Below are positions 12,385-25,604 of a DNA stretch of 64,000 bases, piece by piece; within the stretch, counting starts at the first letter, position 1, and every line of letters begins with the position of its first letter. The translations under genes were made by a program, and so were the position numbers. The stretch comes from Octopus sinensis (lineage: Eukaryota), in the NCBI RefSeq assembly GCF_006345805.1, contig NC_043014.1:51398001-51462000 (forward strand), in the 5' to 3' direction. The notes beneath the pieces were generated by a model. The model saw only the letters and a program-made list of their open reading frames with translations, was not told the origin of the DNA and did no database searches.

Positions 12385-12545
12385 CCTTACAGATTCCCTC
12401 CCGTCAAATTGACTCACAGGGAATTCGTTGGTCCTAGACAATAGTAGGAGCCTCTTGCCCAACTTGACTCTTAGTATAGTCCTACTATATTCTGAACCTA
12501 GAGCCTCGTGGTTGGGAAGCAACCATCTTACTACACAGCCACCCC
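12385..12545 (-). mobile_element. tRNA-derived SINE family C
   Basis: Reverse complement of ggctgtgtagtaag...ggttcag...gggcaagagg...; homologous to 26718-26875. Confidence 0.75.
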
Positions 12546-12589
12546 AGTAGCCCTCTCTCTCTGTTTATCTATATCTATCTGTTTATCTA

Positions 12590-12639
<50 letters not shown>

Positions 12640-12722
12640 GGTTTTTCTTACCAGGGCTACACCTAAACTGTGAACTTTATATATATATATGTATTATATT
12701 TTTATACACCACACAACCCACA

Positions 12723-12850
12723 GATCCCTATTGATCGAACGTTTTTTTTTCTTTGTGTCCAATCCATCCCACCTCGAAAAGAAAAAACTCTACATTGTAT
12801 TTCGTCCATTTTTATTCTGTGTTTAGCCCTGTGTGGCCACAATAAAAAAG
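12723..12850 (+). mobile_element. LINE 3'-end-like repeat (copy 1 of 2)
   Basis: Shares gatccctattgatcg, agccctg and terminal aataaa with 41467-41620. An L1/Tx1-like 3' UTR is a guess. Confidence 0.4.
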
Positions 12851-13617
12851 TTATCTGTCATACACACATATTCATATGACGTATACACATTTTTACAAAC
12901 CACGAATACGTATTTGTGTACATATATCTGTGTGTGAGTGTATAAATGATGTATGCAAATACAAACGTATGTCATATACAATTAAGTACTTCTGCCAGCA
13001 TCGTTTGTACTTGTTACATTTATCAAAAGAAACATCTGTCGGCAGCCAATTACTGTACACCTGAACAAGATATCTCGTTGTAATGGACTGAAAATGACTG
13101 ATATGTTATAGTTATAGGAGTAGAAATAGTTGTGATAAAACTGAGGAAAGAAAACGCCACGTGTATAGAGGCCTCCAGTAGATATCTTTAATCTTTTCAG
13201 GATACAGCTATATACATACACTCGTACACGTGCTTATGCGTATATGTTGCCTATGCATACATACACTTTCATAAGCATATGTATCTCTTGCTGTACACAC
13301 ACACATACACACACACACACACACAAGAGAGTGGCAGTGCACATGTCCGTATGTATATATGGTCCCTCCCTCTCTCTCTCTATATATATATGTATGTATG
13401 TATACATATATATATTTATATGTACATACATTTACATACAGTAGCTGATAGTCTACATATTAGTACGTGTGTATGCAGCTATTTAACTATTCATCTATCT
13501 ATTTATTTATCTGTCTGCCTGTCTGTCTATTTATATCTATATATATATATATAGATAGATCTGTCAATCTCTCTCTATATACACATATATGTATTAATAT
13601 GTATGTATATATATATC

Positions 13618-13677
<60 letters not shown>

Positions 13678-13973
13678 GTATCAACATTCACGCATAATTG
13701 TGTGTGTGAGTGTTTTTCTGTTTGCTGGGAATCAATCGAGCCGCAAATCCGATCGATGCAGTGTGCTGAATTTAGGAAGCAATTAAAGACCTCTGTGTTT
13801 GGGAATCATCCAGATGATAATATAATTGAATAGATATGCAGTATGCTCGGGGTGAAAATATATCTTGCTGACCTCTGGAGTTTTGTAGGTCACAGTATCA
13901 TCTCCTCCTTGGAGCCATTTTTTCGTCTAACACTATTACATAAAGACAACGTATATATACATTCATATATATA

Positions 13974-14018
<45 letters not shown>

Positions 14019-14387
14019 TGTGTGTGTGTGTGTATGTGAGTGTGCGAGTATGTGTTTGTGTGAGAGAGAGAGAACGATTTCGGCCATTGTATGTGAAGTA
14101 AATGCAAACCGCGAAAAACTAATTTAAAGATAGGCCGACGTCTACGAGACGAAGTGTGAATATATTGTTATCAAGATATAACGATTCGTAGGTATAGTGT
14201 AAGAATAGAACCCGCACCGCCACCGCCACCACTTGTATTACGTCTGTGGCACACTGCAGAGATGGTTCTGATAGATATAACTATCATTTGCAATATGTTA
14301 TCTTTTAAATAAATAAATAAAGAGAACTCGTGCGAAGGGCAGAAAGTTATCACACATACATCGACAAAACTACGCATTTATATATAT

Positions 14388-14856
14388 GTGTGAGTGTGTG
14401 TGCGTGTATAATTATTTATTTATATATATATGGAAAATTATATACGTATACATATATGCGCAAACACATATGCATATTGTTCCATATATATGTAAATATA
14501 CACACACGGTCGTATAATATATGAGAACATGTGTACTTTTTTATATAACATAAATGCTCACATACACACATATATAATGTGTGTGTGTGTGTATGTGTGT
14601 GCGTACAAATATGCACACACACACACACGCATTTATGTCCGTATATATATATATATATATATATACATTATATATGTGTGTATGTGAGCATTTATGTATA
14701 TAAAAAAGTACACATGTTCTCATATATTATACGACCGTGTGTGTATATTTACATATATATGGAACAATATGCATATGTGTTTGCGCATATATGTATACGT
14801 ATATAATTTTCCATATATATATAAATAAATAATTATACACGCACACACACTCACAC
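14388..14856. repeat. Near-perfect local inverted duplication (about 192-bp arms, 84-bp spacer)
   Basis: 14388-14580 equals the reverse complement of 14665-14856 apart from one visible 1-nt indel. Confidence 0.95.
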
Positions 14857-14860
14857 ACAC

Positions 14861-14900
<40 letters not shown>

Positions 14901-15078
14901 ATATCAGTAATCATAGATCTTAAACTGGGAACTGAAAAAGAAATATCGCCGAAAAATTTTGGATATATATATATATAATATATATACACACATATATAGG
15001 AAAAATACAATTGGAATAATTCTGTATAAAATTAGAATCGTTAATATTAACAGTCGAAATATATTTTAGTTAACCTGA

Positions 15079-15345
15079 CCCGAATATCTCTCTATTGTGA
15101 GAAATAGGAATTGTAAAAGCCTGGCGCAGTTTGTACGCATTGGAATCACCAATAGGCTCTGCAACACGATCTCTTGGTCCTTTATAATATCGGCCAAGTT
15201 CGACATAGATCACATTCTTCGCTTTTTCAAACAATAAAGGAAACAATACAAATGTAAATGAAAACATATGTTTCGTATATGTTCGTTGTCCAGTCTGTCC
15301 TGGTGCTGAATTGCAGCAACAGCAATTAGAATATCCAACTATCAA
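15079..15345 (+). pseudogene. Possible decayed Penelope RT C-terminal fragment
   Basis: One frame reads PEYLSIVRNRNCKSL...ISWSFIISAKFDI...*...*KHMFRICS, resembling PFLD.LV.RN...WSSF.P..YK...HRAFRICS. It adjoins the HHR foldback at 15389-15543. Confidence 0.3.
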
Positions 15346-15388
15346 GGGAAATATTCCATAGTACTCGAATACCAGGTAGAGTAATATG

Positions 15389-15543
15389 CTTTATTAAAAA
15401 GCAGCAAAATATCACAAAATCTGTTACTCGTGAGTTTCCCGATCCCGTTAGTAGGAAACATTCTAAACAAAACTGTCCGACGAACGGGAACGTAAAACTC
15501 TGAGTAACATTTTTTGTGATAATTTTGCTGCTTTTTAATAAAG
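15389..15543. mobile_element. 155-bp foldback element carrying decayed HHR motifs
   Basis: ctttattaaaaagcagcaaaat... and ...attttgctgctttttaataaag are inverted arms. Right arm: AAAACUGU-CCGACGA-ACG(GGAA)CGU-AAAA-CUCUGAG-UA-ACAUUUUU. Confidence 0.8.
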
Positions 15544-16668
15544 TATATATATATATATATATATAACCAATTTCCTGGTTGTACAACTTAATATACTACA
15601 TTTAACCTAAGTTATATGAGATTCTTCCATTGGCGTTTTCTCAAAGTGATTCCTTTTTCTCGTTCATGCTTCATTGATTTTGGTGATGGTTAAGCAAAAT
15701 CAATCTACACTGGATTCGATCTTCTTAAATTGAGATAAAAATAAACTAAATATAGCCGCGAACCAGTATACTTTAGAGAATTTCTCTTTCGCATTCAATT
15801 TCATTTAAACTTTTACCTTGGTTTTTACTATTCTAAAATAAAATATTCTTGAAACCAGTGTGGTATTTTAATAAATCTGTAAAATTCTCTGAAGATATTG
15901 CCAATTTGTAGGGTAACAGCGAATAAATACATAATGCTCAAAATTATATATGAATTATCATTAACTAGCTGGGCCCGTGCCGTAAAAAATGAAGGGTAAT
16001 AGTATTTTATATATAAATATGGATGGTAAATCAAATTAATACACTTGTTATCTAGTGGTTGTCTTTTGAGATGATGCACCGATCATCGTTTGTTACTGAA
16101 GGAACGCTGGTTCGCACAACATTCACATACTTCCCTAATATACGCAGACGCATATACACACATATACTCATAGAAAGTTGAAACACTTTTTGAGTTTTTC
16201 TTTTCGGCGTTAAATATTCACCATCCCACTTCCATTGCACACTCACATCACACATATACTCAGAGTTGATACGCTCCCACTACCAGTCTGCCATCACCCC
16301 TTACTTTCTCATATGTTGTGACGGAGAAAAACAGAAGAGTATTATTATAGAAGAGTATAATTATGATACAGAGTAGCAACAGGAGAATATGCGAGGCATC
16401 TTCTCATGTACTTTTCTGAGGAGGTAGTTGCGACGACAGAATGGTTAAACACTTGTGGAAATCCACGCTCACTTGCAATTAATGTTTATAATGGCGGTCC
16501 TATTAACAAAAATCAAAAGAATCCAGGTGTATGCAAAGGTAAAATCGAATACTTTTAAATATACTCACAAAACCACTCACGAATAACAATATCTACGAAA
16601 TAAGCATCTCATCAATTAACCGCTTAATCGTGTCTGTCATATTTCTTTGCAATAAATAACGATAAAAG

Positions 16669-16671
<3 letters not shown>

Positions 16672-16753
<82 letters not shown>
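16672..16753. repeat. (CA)n microsatellite, about 41 units
   Basis: Uninterrupted AC run. Confidence 0.95.
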
Positions 16754-16755
<2 letters not shown>

Positions 16756-16844
16756 GTAATTAGAAAAAAAATAGATGGCAAACACGTATATATACAAAAC
16801 ACACATATACGTATGCATGATTCTATGTAGGGATATCTATTTGT

Positions 16845-17300
16845 TGTGTATTATTGTATATGTGTGCATGCATGTGTATGTATATACATGTGTGTGTGTG
16901 TGTGTTTGTGTCTGCGTATATATGATTGCATATGTGTGCATGTATGTGTATGTATATACATGGGTGTGTATGTGTATATATGGTTGTATTTGTGTGCATG
17001 TATGTGTATGTATACACATGGGTGTGTGTGCTTGTGTCTCCGTATATGCGATGGCATATGTGCATGTATGTGTATTTATATACATGGGTGTGTGTGCGTA
17101 TATTTGATTGTATGTGTGTGCATGTATGTGTACGTAATAACATCGGTGTGTGTGTTTGTGTGCGTATACATGATTATGTGTGCATGTATGTGTATGTATA
17201 TACATGTGTGTGTGCGTATATATGATTGTATGTGTGTGCACGTATGTGTATGTATATACATGGGTGTGTGTGTTTGTGTCTGCGTATATATGATTGTATG
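16845..17300. repeat. Microsatellite-derived minisatellite, about 60-bp unit
   Basis: Recurring atatatgattg...tgcatgtatgtgtatgtatatacatgggtgtgtg units; the source of several spurious CVCMY/HTHTY ORFs. Confidence 0.8.
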
Positions 17301-17780
17301 TGCATGTATATACAAATGTATGTTTGCGTATATCTGTTTGTGTGAGTTTGCACGTGTAGTTATATACATATATATGTTAGTGTGCATGTATGATTACGTG
17401 TGTGTGTGTGTATGTTTATATGTATATAGATGTGTGTTTCTATGTATAACTCTATGTGTATACATATATGTGCGTATTTTAGCTATATGCAATAATTTAG
17501 CCTACGTATTATACAAAGCTACAGAATTTCGGAAAGGAATCAGACAATAAAACGATAAAACACAATGAAATAAATACAAACAATAATGACAAATTTAAAA
17601 CACAAAAGGCAAAGGTTAGAAATTATGCATTTCATGATTTCAGCGAAATGAACAAACAAATATCTGTTAATAAAAGAAAGATTTTTGCAAAGAGAACGAT
17701 TTAGACATCGAAATAGCGACGCCATGACAGGCAGATAGCCAGACAGATGAATATATAGACGAATGGTTAGATAGATAGAT

Positions 17781-17831
<51 letters not shown>

Positions 17832-18488
17832 GCATGTGGGGGAAGGTCAGACTACCACAAATACAGAGGGAAAGAATGAGAGATGGAAAAATAAGAGGTG
17901 AAGGATGGAGAGGAAGCTGAGACGAACAAGGGAGACAATCACAAAGAGATAAATTGAGAAAGAAATACAGAACATTATAATAGTTTATATGTAGGTTACG
18001 AGAATTTAATTTGAATTTAAGTATAGTAAATCATGGATTTTTACGATTTTCATCCCTTATCTATAAAAAATTTTGGACGGTTTTCTTTTTATTATTATTA
18101 TAGTATATTTTTTAATGAAATTTTCTGCTGTATATTTGTTTCTTTCTAGTCCGAATCAATGAAATTGCAGTAGTGTAGCAAACATAACAATGCTATTGCT
18201 GTAGAGATAACTCAGAGCAACACTTTGGCTTAATTTATGGCGGTAATAATGGCTTATCTGCTTAAGACCGGAATTACGATTTGACACATTCGAGTTTTTT
18301 TTTATATATATATATATATATATTTTTAATTTTTGCTGTTCATTGCACTTTTTAAAACATTTATTCGTTTGTTTCATATATATGTGTTTGAGTATGTGTG
18401 TATGTGTTTATATATACGCCTATTGCTATATGTGTATGTATGTATTTATGTGTATATATTTACGTATATGATAATGTATGTGTGTATG

Positions 18489-18540
<52 letters not shown>

Positions 18541-18592
18541 AATGTGCGCAGATGTGAGTAAATGGATATATAGAAATGGATGGATATATATA

Positions 18593-18635
<43 letters not shown>

Positions 18636-20374
18636 CATACATATAGATATATACACACATACATATATACATACATATATATATATACATGCATACATAT
18701 ATCTATATATATATATACATGCATACATATATCTATATATATATATATACATGCATACATATATCTATATATATATATACATATATATATATCTATATAT
18801 ATACATACACACACACACACACACACACATACATATATATGATTATTTAGTAAATATAATTGTAGCTTATATTTGTATGTAATTACCCGTGTGTGTGTAG
18901 TCGTAATAGTCACAGTAATTCCATTAATGACGTTATGGGCTTTGATTACAGACAATACATCATGAATGGCAATAAACTACACGGCCATAATCGTACCAAA
19001 TATATTATAATTGGCATTGTTGTTGATATCGTTATTGTTACTATCACCATCACAATTATTTGTGGCGTTGCATTGGAAAAATCGTTATCATGCCGGACAA
19101 AAATACTTAGTGGCATTTTGTTCGTCTTCTCGTTCTGATTTCAAATTCCAGCTTGGTTGGTTTCCTTACAGGATACAGTTATGGGTCAGAGCTGATTTTG
19201 ATTCGTTAAAAATTGATGACGTTTTTCTTCCGCGGTCAAGCTTGTCGTTCTACTTGGTTGGTTTCCTTACAGGATACAGTTGGGGGTTTGCTATATTTGC
19301 TATATTTAAATCTACATTTTTTTTTTCCATAAAAAAATTATTGAATGACATACGTACTCCGTTGATTTCCACAATAAATATTTAATCATTTGAACCACTG
19401 ATGGGTTTTTATTTTATTTTTTTTGTTTCCTTTCTTAACGTAAGAAGCGGTGAATTATTCTACAGACACATGTATCCTTAACCAGATTCTCAGGCAGATC
19501 CATCGTGACACAATAAGAAGGCTCCGTTTTGAATTAAATACATGATAGGTATTGGAAAAGTTTTCGTCAAGTCTCTAAAATAAAGTTCTATATTTAAGAG
19601 ATGAGGAATTCTGTACATTATTTACATTTGACGGATATCTGTCCTCATCTTGTTTTTTGTGAACACAACATTTCCGCTGATATACCCTCTAGCCTTCAAC
19701 AGGTGTCTTGGAGGAAATGTCGAAGCTGGATACTCATTCCTAAGTTATATTTCGATGTTCTTCTTCTTCTTCTTGCTATTGTTGTTGCTCAGGTCACTGC
19801 CTGGAGTCAAACTTGGAAACTTGGGGTTAGCAACCACTACGCCATATGCCCGTCTCTAAAACTGTGAAGGCTTGAGTCAAACTGAGACAGATAGGAGACA
19901 TTTGCACGAGATTCCACACAGAATTCATCTTATATATAAAAAGAAAAAATAATGTAATCTAGACATTTGACAATGATTTATTCGTTAGAATATTTCGCTA
20001 TACAAGACAATTAAAAACAGTCAGATTGTTGTTTGTTAAATATCAAAGGTAAATCGCTCAGCTTTTAATTTTCACAAGAATCTTATTTTAATTCTTATAT
20101 ACTTCCATTGCAACTACAATGAATCAACATTAAACAGCATGCGATTCCTTCAAATAGCATAACAAATTACTTGTAAAATTTATTTGCATGAATCTTTCAG
20201 AATGTTAGTTAAAAATATAGCTATCACACGATGCAGTACTTTAAAACTTTTATCATTCTGTGCGTATGACAGGTCCTACTGAATTCCTGCTGATACACTT
20301 GAGGTTGCACCGATAAAACGCTGTACATTAGTGAGTGACTAACTGTCACTCCATCGGTTATGGCAATGTTCATT

Positions 20375-20667
20375 CCAGCTGATCTGCTTAGTGGAACAGT
20401 TTGATCGTAAAGTCAATGTACAACTGGTTGAGCACTCCACAGACAAGCGTATTCTAAAACATAGCTGTCATGGAGATTCAGTGTGACACAGAATATGAGA
20501 AGACTGGTACTTTGAAATACAAGTACTACATATTTTTGCCAGCTGAGTGGAATAGTATAACGGGAAATAAAAGTGTCTTGCTCAAGAAAACAACGCGCTG
20601 TTGGGAATCGGACTCGCGATTTTTCGATCGTGAGTCGAATACCTTTGCCACTAAGCTACGCGCCTTC
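20375..20667 (-). mobile_element. CORE-like SINE family E
   Basis: gagcactccacagac...aaataaaagtgtcttgctcaag...gaatcggactcgcgat...cgcgccttc. Confidence 0.75.
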
Positions 20668-21169
20668 ACACTTAACATAGAATGATGTACAAAAAAAGCG
20701 ATATCGGTGAAACGCTGAAACGAGTTCTTAGGCTGAGACGAATGATTGTGGATAATAACAAATTCGAAATGCTTTCGTGTAATGTCATTGCCGTCTCACC
20801 TCTTACTAATCCCATAATGGACTCATGGTTATATTCTCATAAAGAGATATAAAAAATTAAAATATAAAATATGCATGAATATCGACTGACAGCTAAATGC
20901 GTTACATAAAATGTGCTTCGGAAGGATTCTGAAAACACTCAAACAAATACAGATACACTAAATTCTACACAAGACTACTTAGCGAAATCATCGCAGAAAG
21001 AAGATTAACACTATTTGACCACATTCTGGCCAGCAGAGCAATGCCTTTCTAAAATAGCTTCCAAATGAATACACCGGGAAGAGGAAAAGAAAGGAATAAC
21101 AATTTACTTGATGCTGAGTATTTATAACCGAAATGTCAGGCCAATAAAACTGACATTTCGTCTGTTACC

Positions 21170-21435
21170 ACGATGGCGTATCAAATGAACAACCTGCAAG
21201 TCGATTTAACTTGCAAGTGGATGAGTATTCCATAGTCAAGCGCGCCCTTAACGTGTCGCAGGGAAATTCAGCGTGACACAATGTGACAAACTGACCATTT
21301 GAAATACAGGTTCCAATCATTATCTTCAGTATGTGGACTAGAACATCAGGAAATAAAGTGCCTTGCGCTCAAGAGCACTACGTGCCGCTGGAAATTGAAC
21401 TTGTGACCTTAAGATGTTGAGCCGAATACTCAATG
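21170..21435 (-). mobile_element. CORE-like SINE family E, degenerate
   Basis: tcagcgtgacacaatgtgac...tttgaaatacagg...aaataaagtgccttgcgctcaag. Confidence 0.65.
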
Positions 21436-22320
21436 CCCGGTTGTAGAGAAGACCACATCAAAATTGAACCAGTGCCCTCAATTTGCTGTTCAATGCCTTC
21501 AACAGCACAGAGGTAACCCCAGATGATGCTGATACACGTTAAGATGTTGTTCTTAATTTCGTTTATTTCTCCAACGAAAATCACAAATAAAATCGACTTC
21601 TAACAAGGCGATACTTACCTCTGCAATAGAAACATTCAACTAATGGCCTAACAGTTTATAGTATTGCAATCTCTATCATGAAATATACAATATTGTTCAT
21701 ATTTATTTCGATGTATTTACGCAAGCACATTTATGATCCGTTAGAAAATATGTGCATAATAATCACAATATTTTAGATGTGCGGCTGTTTTAGCAGTTAA
21801 CGAAGATTTGGGAATAAAGTCTGAGTGCTTCACTATTATTATCGTTATATTTCCCCAAACGCTAAAGTAACAGCAGCGAGAAGGGAATTGTTTCTACATC
21901 TCTACTAGTGTCCTCGTTAACCGCTAAACAATCAATAGCACTGCGTTGTCTGCACAAAAGAACGACGTGCAAGTCAGGCTTTCATAATAATAATGACAGT
22001 AATAATGATAATAATAGTAATAATAATGATAATAATGATAATAATAATGGTAATCTTTTTCAGTTTACAAAGCTTGTCGCCTGATTAAACAGTTTGACAA
22101 AATCCCAATGTCGAATTTGGTTAGGAAAAGGTGGCCATTACATTTGAAGTTAGTCGCCTGAACATGATAGAAGTTTGTAATACCGGTAAATCATTGCTAA
22201 CGACAGTAGAGTCTCATCACCTCCTCACAGAAATTTCATCTTGATGTCATTAAGGTGCTTTCCATAATAATAGTTTGTGCGAAAACCATTCAGAAATCAC
22301 CGCCAGTCGGAACACACGCA

Positions 22321-22584
22321 CTACTGCTACTACTATTACTAATACTGCTGCTACTGTTACCACCACCACAATTACTACTACTACTACTACTAGTACTACT
22401 ACTGCTACTACTACTACCACCACTACCACTACTATACTACTACTATTACCACCACCACCATTACTACTACTACTACTACTGCTGTTGCTGCTGCTGTTAC
22501 TACTACTACTACCACCACTACCACTACTACTACTACCACTACTACTATTACCACCACCACCATTACTACTACTACTACTACTAG

Positions 22585-22653
<69 letters not shown>
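22321..22653. repeat. (TAC/CAC)n trinucleotide microsatellite
   Basis: Long TAC run with CAC/TGC interruptions, producing spurious poly-L/T/Y/V ORFs. Confidence 0.95.
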
Positions 22654-22694
22654 AGCTGCTGCTGCCGCTGTGTGCAGGCTGCTACTGTTACAAA

Positions 22695-22830
22695 AAAGTA
22701 TTTTATCGAGCCCCCGAAAGGGTGAGACACAAAGTAGAATGCGACGGAATTTTGAACTCAAGACACAAAAGCGGAAGAAATGCCGTGAAGCATTTTGTTT
22801 CGTGTGTTAACGATTCTTCCAGCTTGCTAC
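22695..22830 (-). mobile_element. SINE family A, degenerate
   Basis: atcgagcccccgaaagggtga...ggaattttgaactca...aacgattcttccagct. Confidence 0.65.
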
Positions 22831-23128
22831 TTGTATAAAATATAATAGCTTAAAATTTAAGGTGAAGGCCAGAAGATTCTGGGGGGAAGGAGGGAATTAT
22901 AGCAAGTGCGAAGGAAGACGTATAATCGATTATATCGACCCCAACGTACAATCAGCACTCAAGCTTTAGACCTAACGATTCTGCAAGCTTGCCGGCGGTG
23001 CTAATACTACTACTACTACTACTACTACTAACTACCACTACTACTACTACTACTAATAATAATAATAATTAAAATAATACTACTACATATAATAACAATA
23101 ATTAAAATACTACTACTAATAATAATAA

Positions 23129-23370
23129 GAGATTGTGCAGACAAGTAGTGCCCGCATCCTGAGAAAAACCCTATCCATTTAAATGTCTGTGTTGTATTGC
23201 ATGAAGATATTCCAGTACTACACCTGTCACTTGCCCCTCTTCAAGATTTCAGTCATACTGTATAACATCTCTTATCGTTCACTCGCCCTAGGACGCTGAG
23301 TGTGTCACTGTGAGGGATTGTAACAAACATACAGATTAAAAGTGAACAATAATAATAATCATAATAATCC
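23129..23370 (+). mobile_element. R4/Dong-like LINE extreme 3' fragment
   Basis: 23129-23182 reads EIVQTSSARILRKTLSI*, resembling the RLE-LINE terminus (K.VLLGTAHILRKVL). A 3' UTR and (AAT)n tail follow. Confidence 0.6.
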
Positions 23371-23579
23371 TTTCTATAAAAGGCACAATGCCTGAAATTT
23401 TGGGGTAGGAGATTAGTCGATCAGATCGACCCCAGTGTTTCACTGGTAATTAATTTATCGACTCTGAATGGATGAAAGGCAAAATCGACCACGGTGGAAT
23501 TTGAACTGAGAATGTTAGGACCGATGAAATACCGCTAAGCATTGTGCCCGGTGTATTAACGATTGTGCCAGCTCACCGC
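23371..23579 (-). mobile_element. SINE family A (alternative tail)
   Basis: aggcacaatgcctgaaattttgggg...ggatgaaaggcaaaatcgacc...gccagctcaccgc. Confidence 0.85.
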
Positions 23580-23605
23580 AGGTGCTAATAGTAGTGGTGG
23601 TGGTG

Positions 23606-23659
<54 letters not shown>

Positions 23660-24930
23660 GTCGTAGTAACGCAACTGAAGGGACACGTGAGATTACACAA
23701 GCTTGATCTTGCAATTATGTTCATATATTACGTGACACTGCGTTGCTGGTGCAGTGTAGGAACTTACATTTTAAATCTGCCAGAACATGGCTATAATCAA
23801 AAGGCGGTCCAGGCATGACTACCTCGTATCTTTCTCTGTATAACGACGAGAGCCACAATATCTAACGTGTTTCTTTCTATGATACTATAGGAGTGATGTC
23901 TTATTTGACGAAGAATTAACAGTTACTACTAGAAAGCCTCGCAACCGCGATAGCACATCCTATTTCAATCTCACTGCTTGAAAGTTGTGGATTTGTTGAT
24001 GTTAGTGTTGTTTGGTGATAATGGCATTGTTTGACCCCTGCAAAGCTCATACCGGGCTTAGTCTACAACCAAAGTATTGTTTTTCTTTTCCTTCCATGAA
24101 GAACATCATACATCCGTGTGTAGATTATAAAATCTCAGTGTCTATATTTTAAACATGGTGACAGAGAAACAAAGAAGGAGAAACAAGGGTAGGAAGAGCA
24201 AGAAAAATAGACGCAGACATTAAGATACATTAATAGGCAGCGAGATTTATAAATAAATGGAAAGTATGTATCTAATTAATATAGGGCACCGTGCAATATC
24301 AAAAACCAAGATGGACTCCAGCGTCATATTGTTAGTACACCTGCACGTGATTATCATGGGCGCCACTTATAAAATCCACTTCCGTTCTTGTGCTCACTCC
24401 CTCTGTTACTCTCTCTCTCTCTCACTTCAATTTTATGTGTGTGTATATGATATTGATAAGAGGGTATTTGGTGTGACAGAGTGTGTCCTTCCTGCCTTTT
24501 GTTATAATTTACTACCATTTTATGGACGCCATTACAATATCGCCGCATTTCCAAATATCTAATCCGATTCACAATGCCTTGCCTTTAATCCTGAAAGTCA
24601 ATTATCATTTCCACCAAATCAATGACCATCATAACATATTACTTTGGCCACCCCGCACAAACGCCACGAACATCCTAACCCCTAAACCTTCACATGTTTC
24701 TCTTTTGCCCCATGGTTTCCTATTAGATAAAAGTTATTAATTCCTCCGTTGAAATGATTCACGTTAACATAATGGCTTCGGATTTAGACTTAGATGTTTA
24801 AGGATAGCGAAGTACGGATATTAGCATTCACTAGTTCTCTTGAAACACACACACACACACACGCGCACACACGTTTACAGTTACTCACACACGAATACTA
24901 TCCAAATTCTCTCTATATATGCATACATAT

Positions 24931-24981
<51 letters not shown>

Positions 24982-25154
24982 TTTACAGCTACTCATACAC
25001 GAATTCTGTCCACATTCTCTCTCTCTATATATATACATATATACATATACACACACACACACATATATACATATATATACACACAAACACACATATATAT
25101 GTGTATAGGCACACATATATACGTATATAAACAGACAAACACACACACACACAT

Positions 25155-25229
<75 letters not shown>

Positions 25230-25483
25230 CGTATTTGATATCCAAACATATACGAACATGCACAAGCACAAACGCATGTAGGTGTATGCAGGGATTAACA
25301 AACGTTCCATCAATCGGGTTATCGATATAAAATACTGCTATTCCCTCAATATATCTCGTTAAGCCCATCTCTCTCACTCTCCCACTCTCTATTTCACTCT
25401 CCCTCTCTCTTTCTCTCCTTTTGTCAGACACACACATATTACAAATACTGTGTGTATGTGAATATATATACATGTGTACAGAA

Positions 25484-25529
<46 letters not shown>

Positions 25530-25569
25530 ATATATATATATAGATATATATATATATATATATATATAG

Positions 25570-25604
<35 letters not shown>

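Noticed and set aside
15964-16015. actagc...gcccgtgc possible Helitron 3' end on the minus strand
   Set aside because: Too short and the hairpin partner is missing.
22255-22838. Poly-Leu/Thr/Tyr/Val ORFs resembling signal peptides or mucins (also 23515-23818, 32032-32430, 35089-35436)
   Set aside because: Trinucleotide (TAC)n/(AAT)n repeats.
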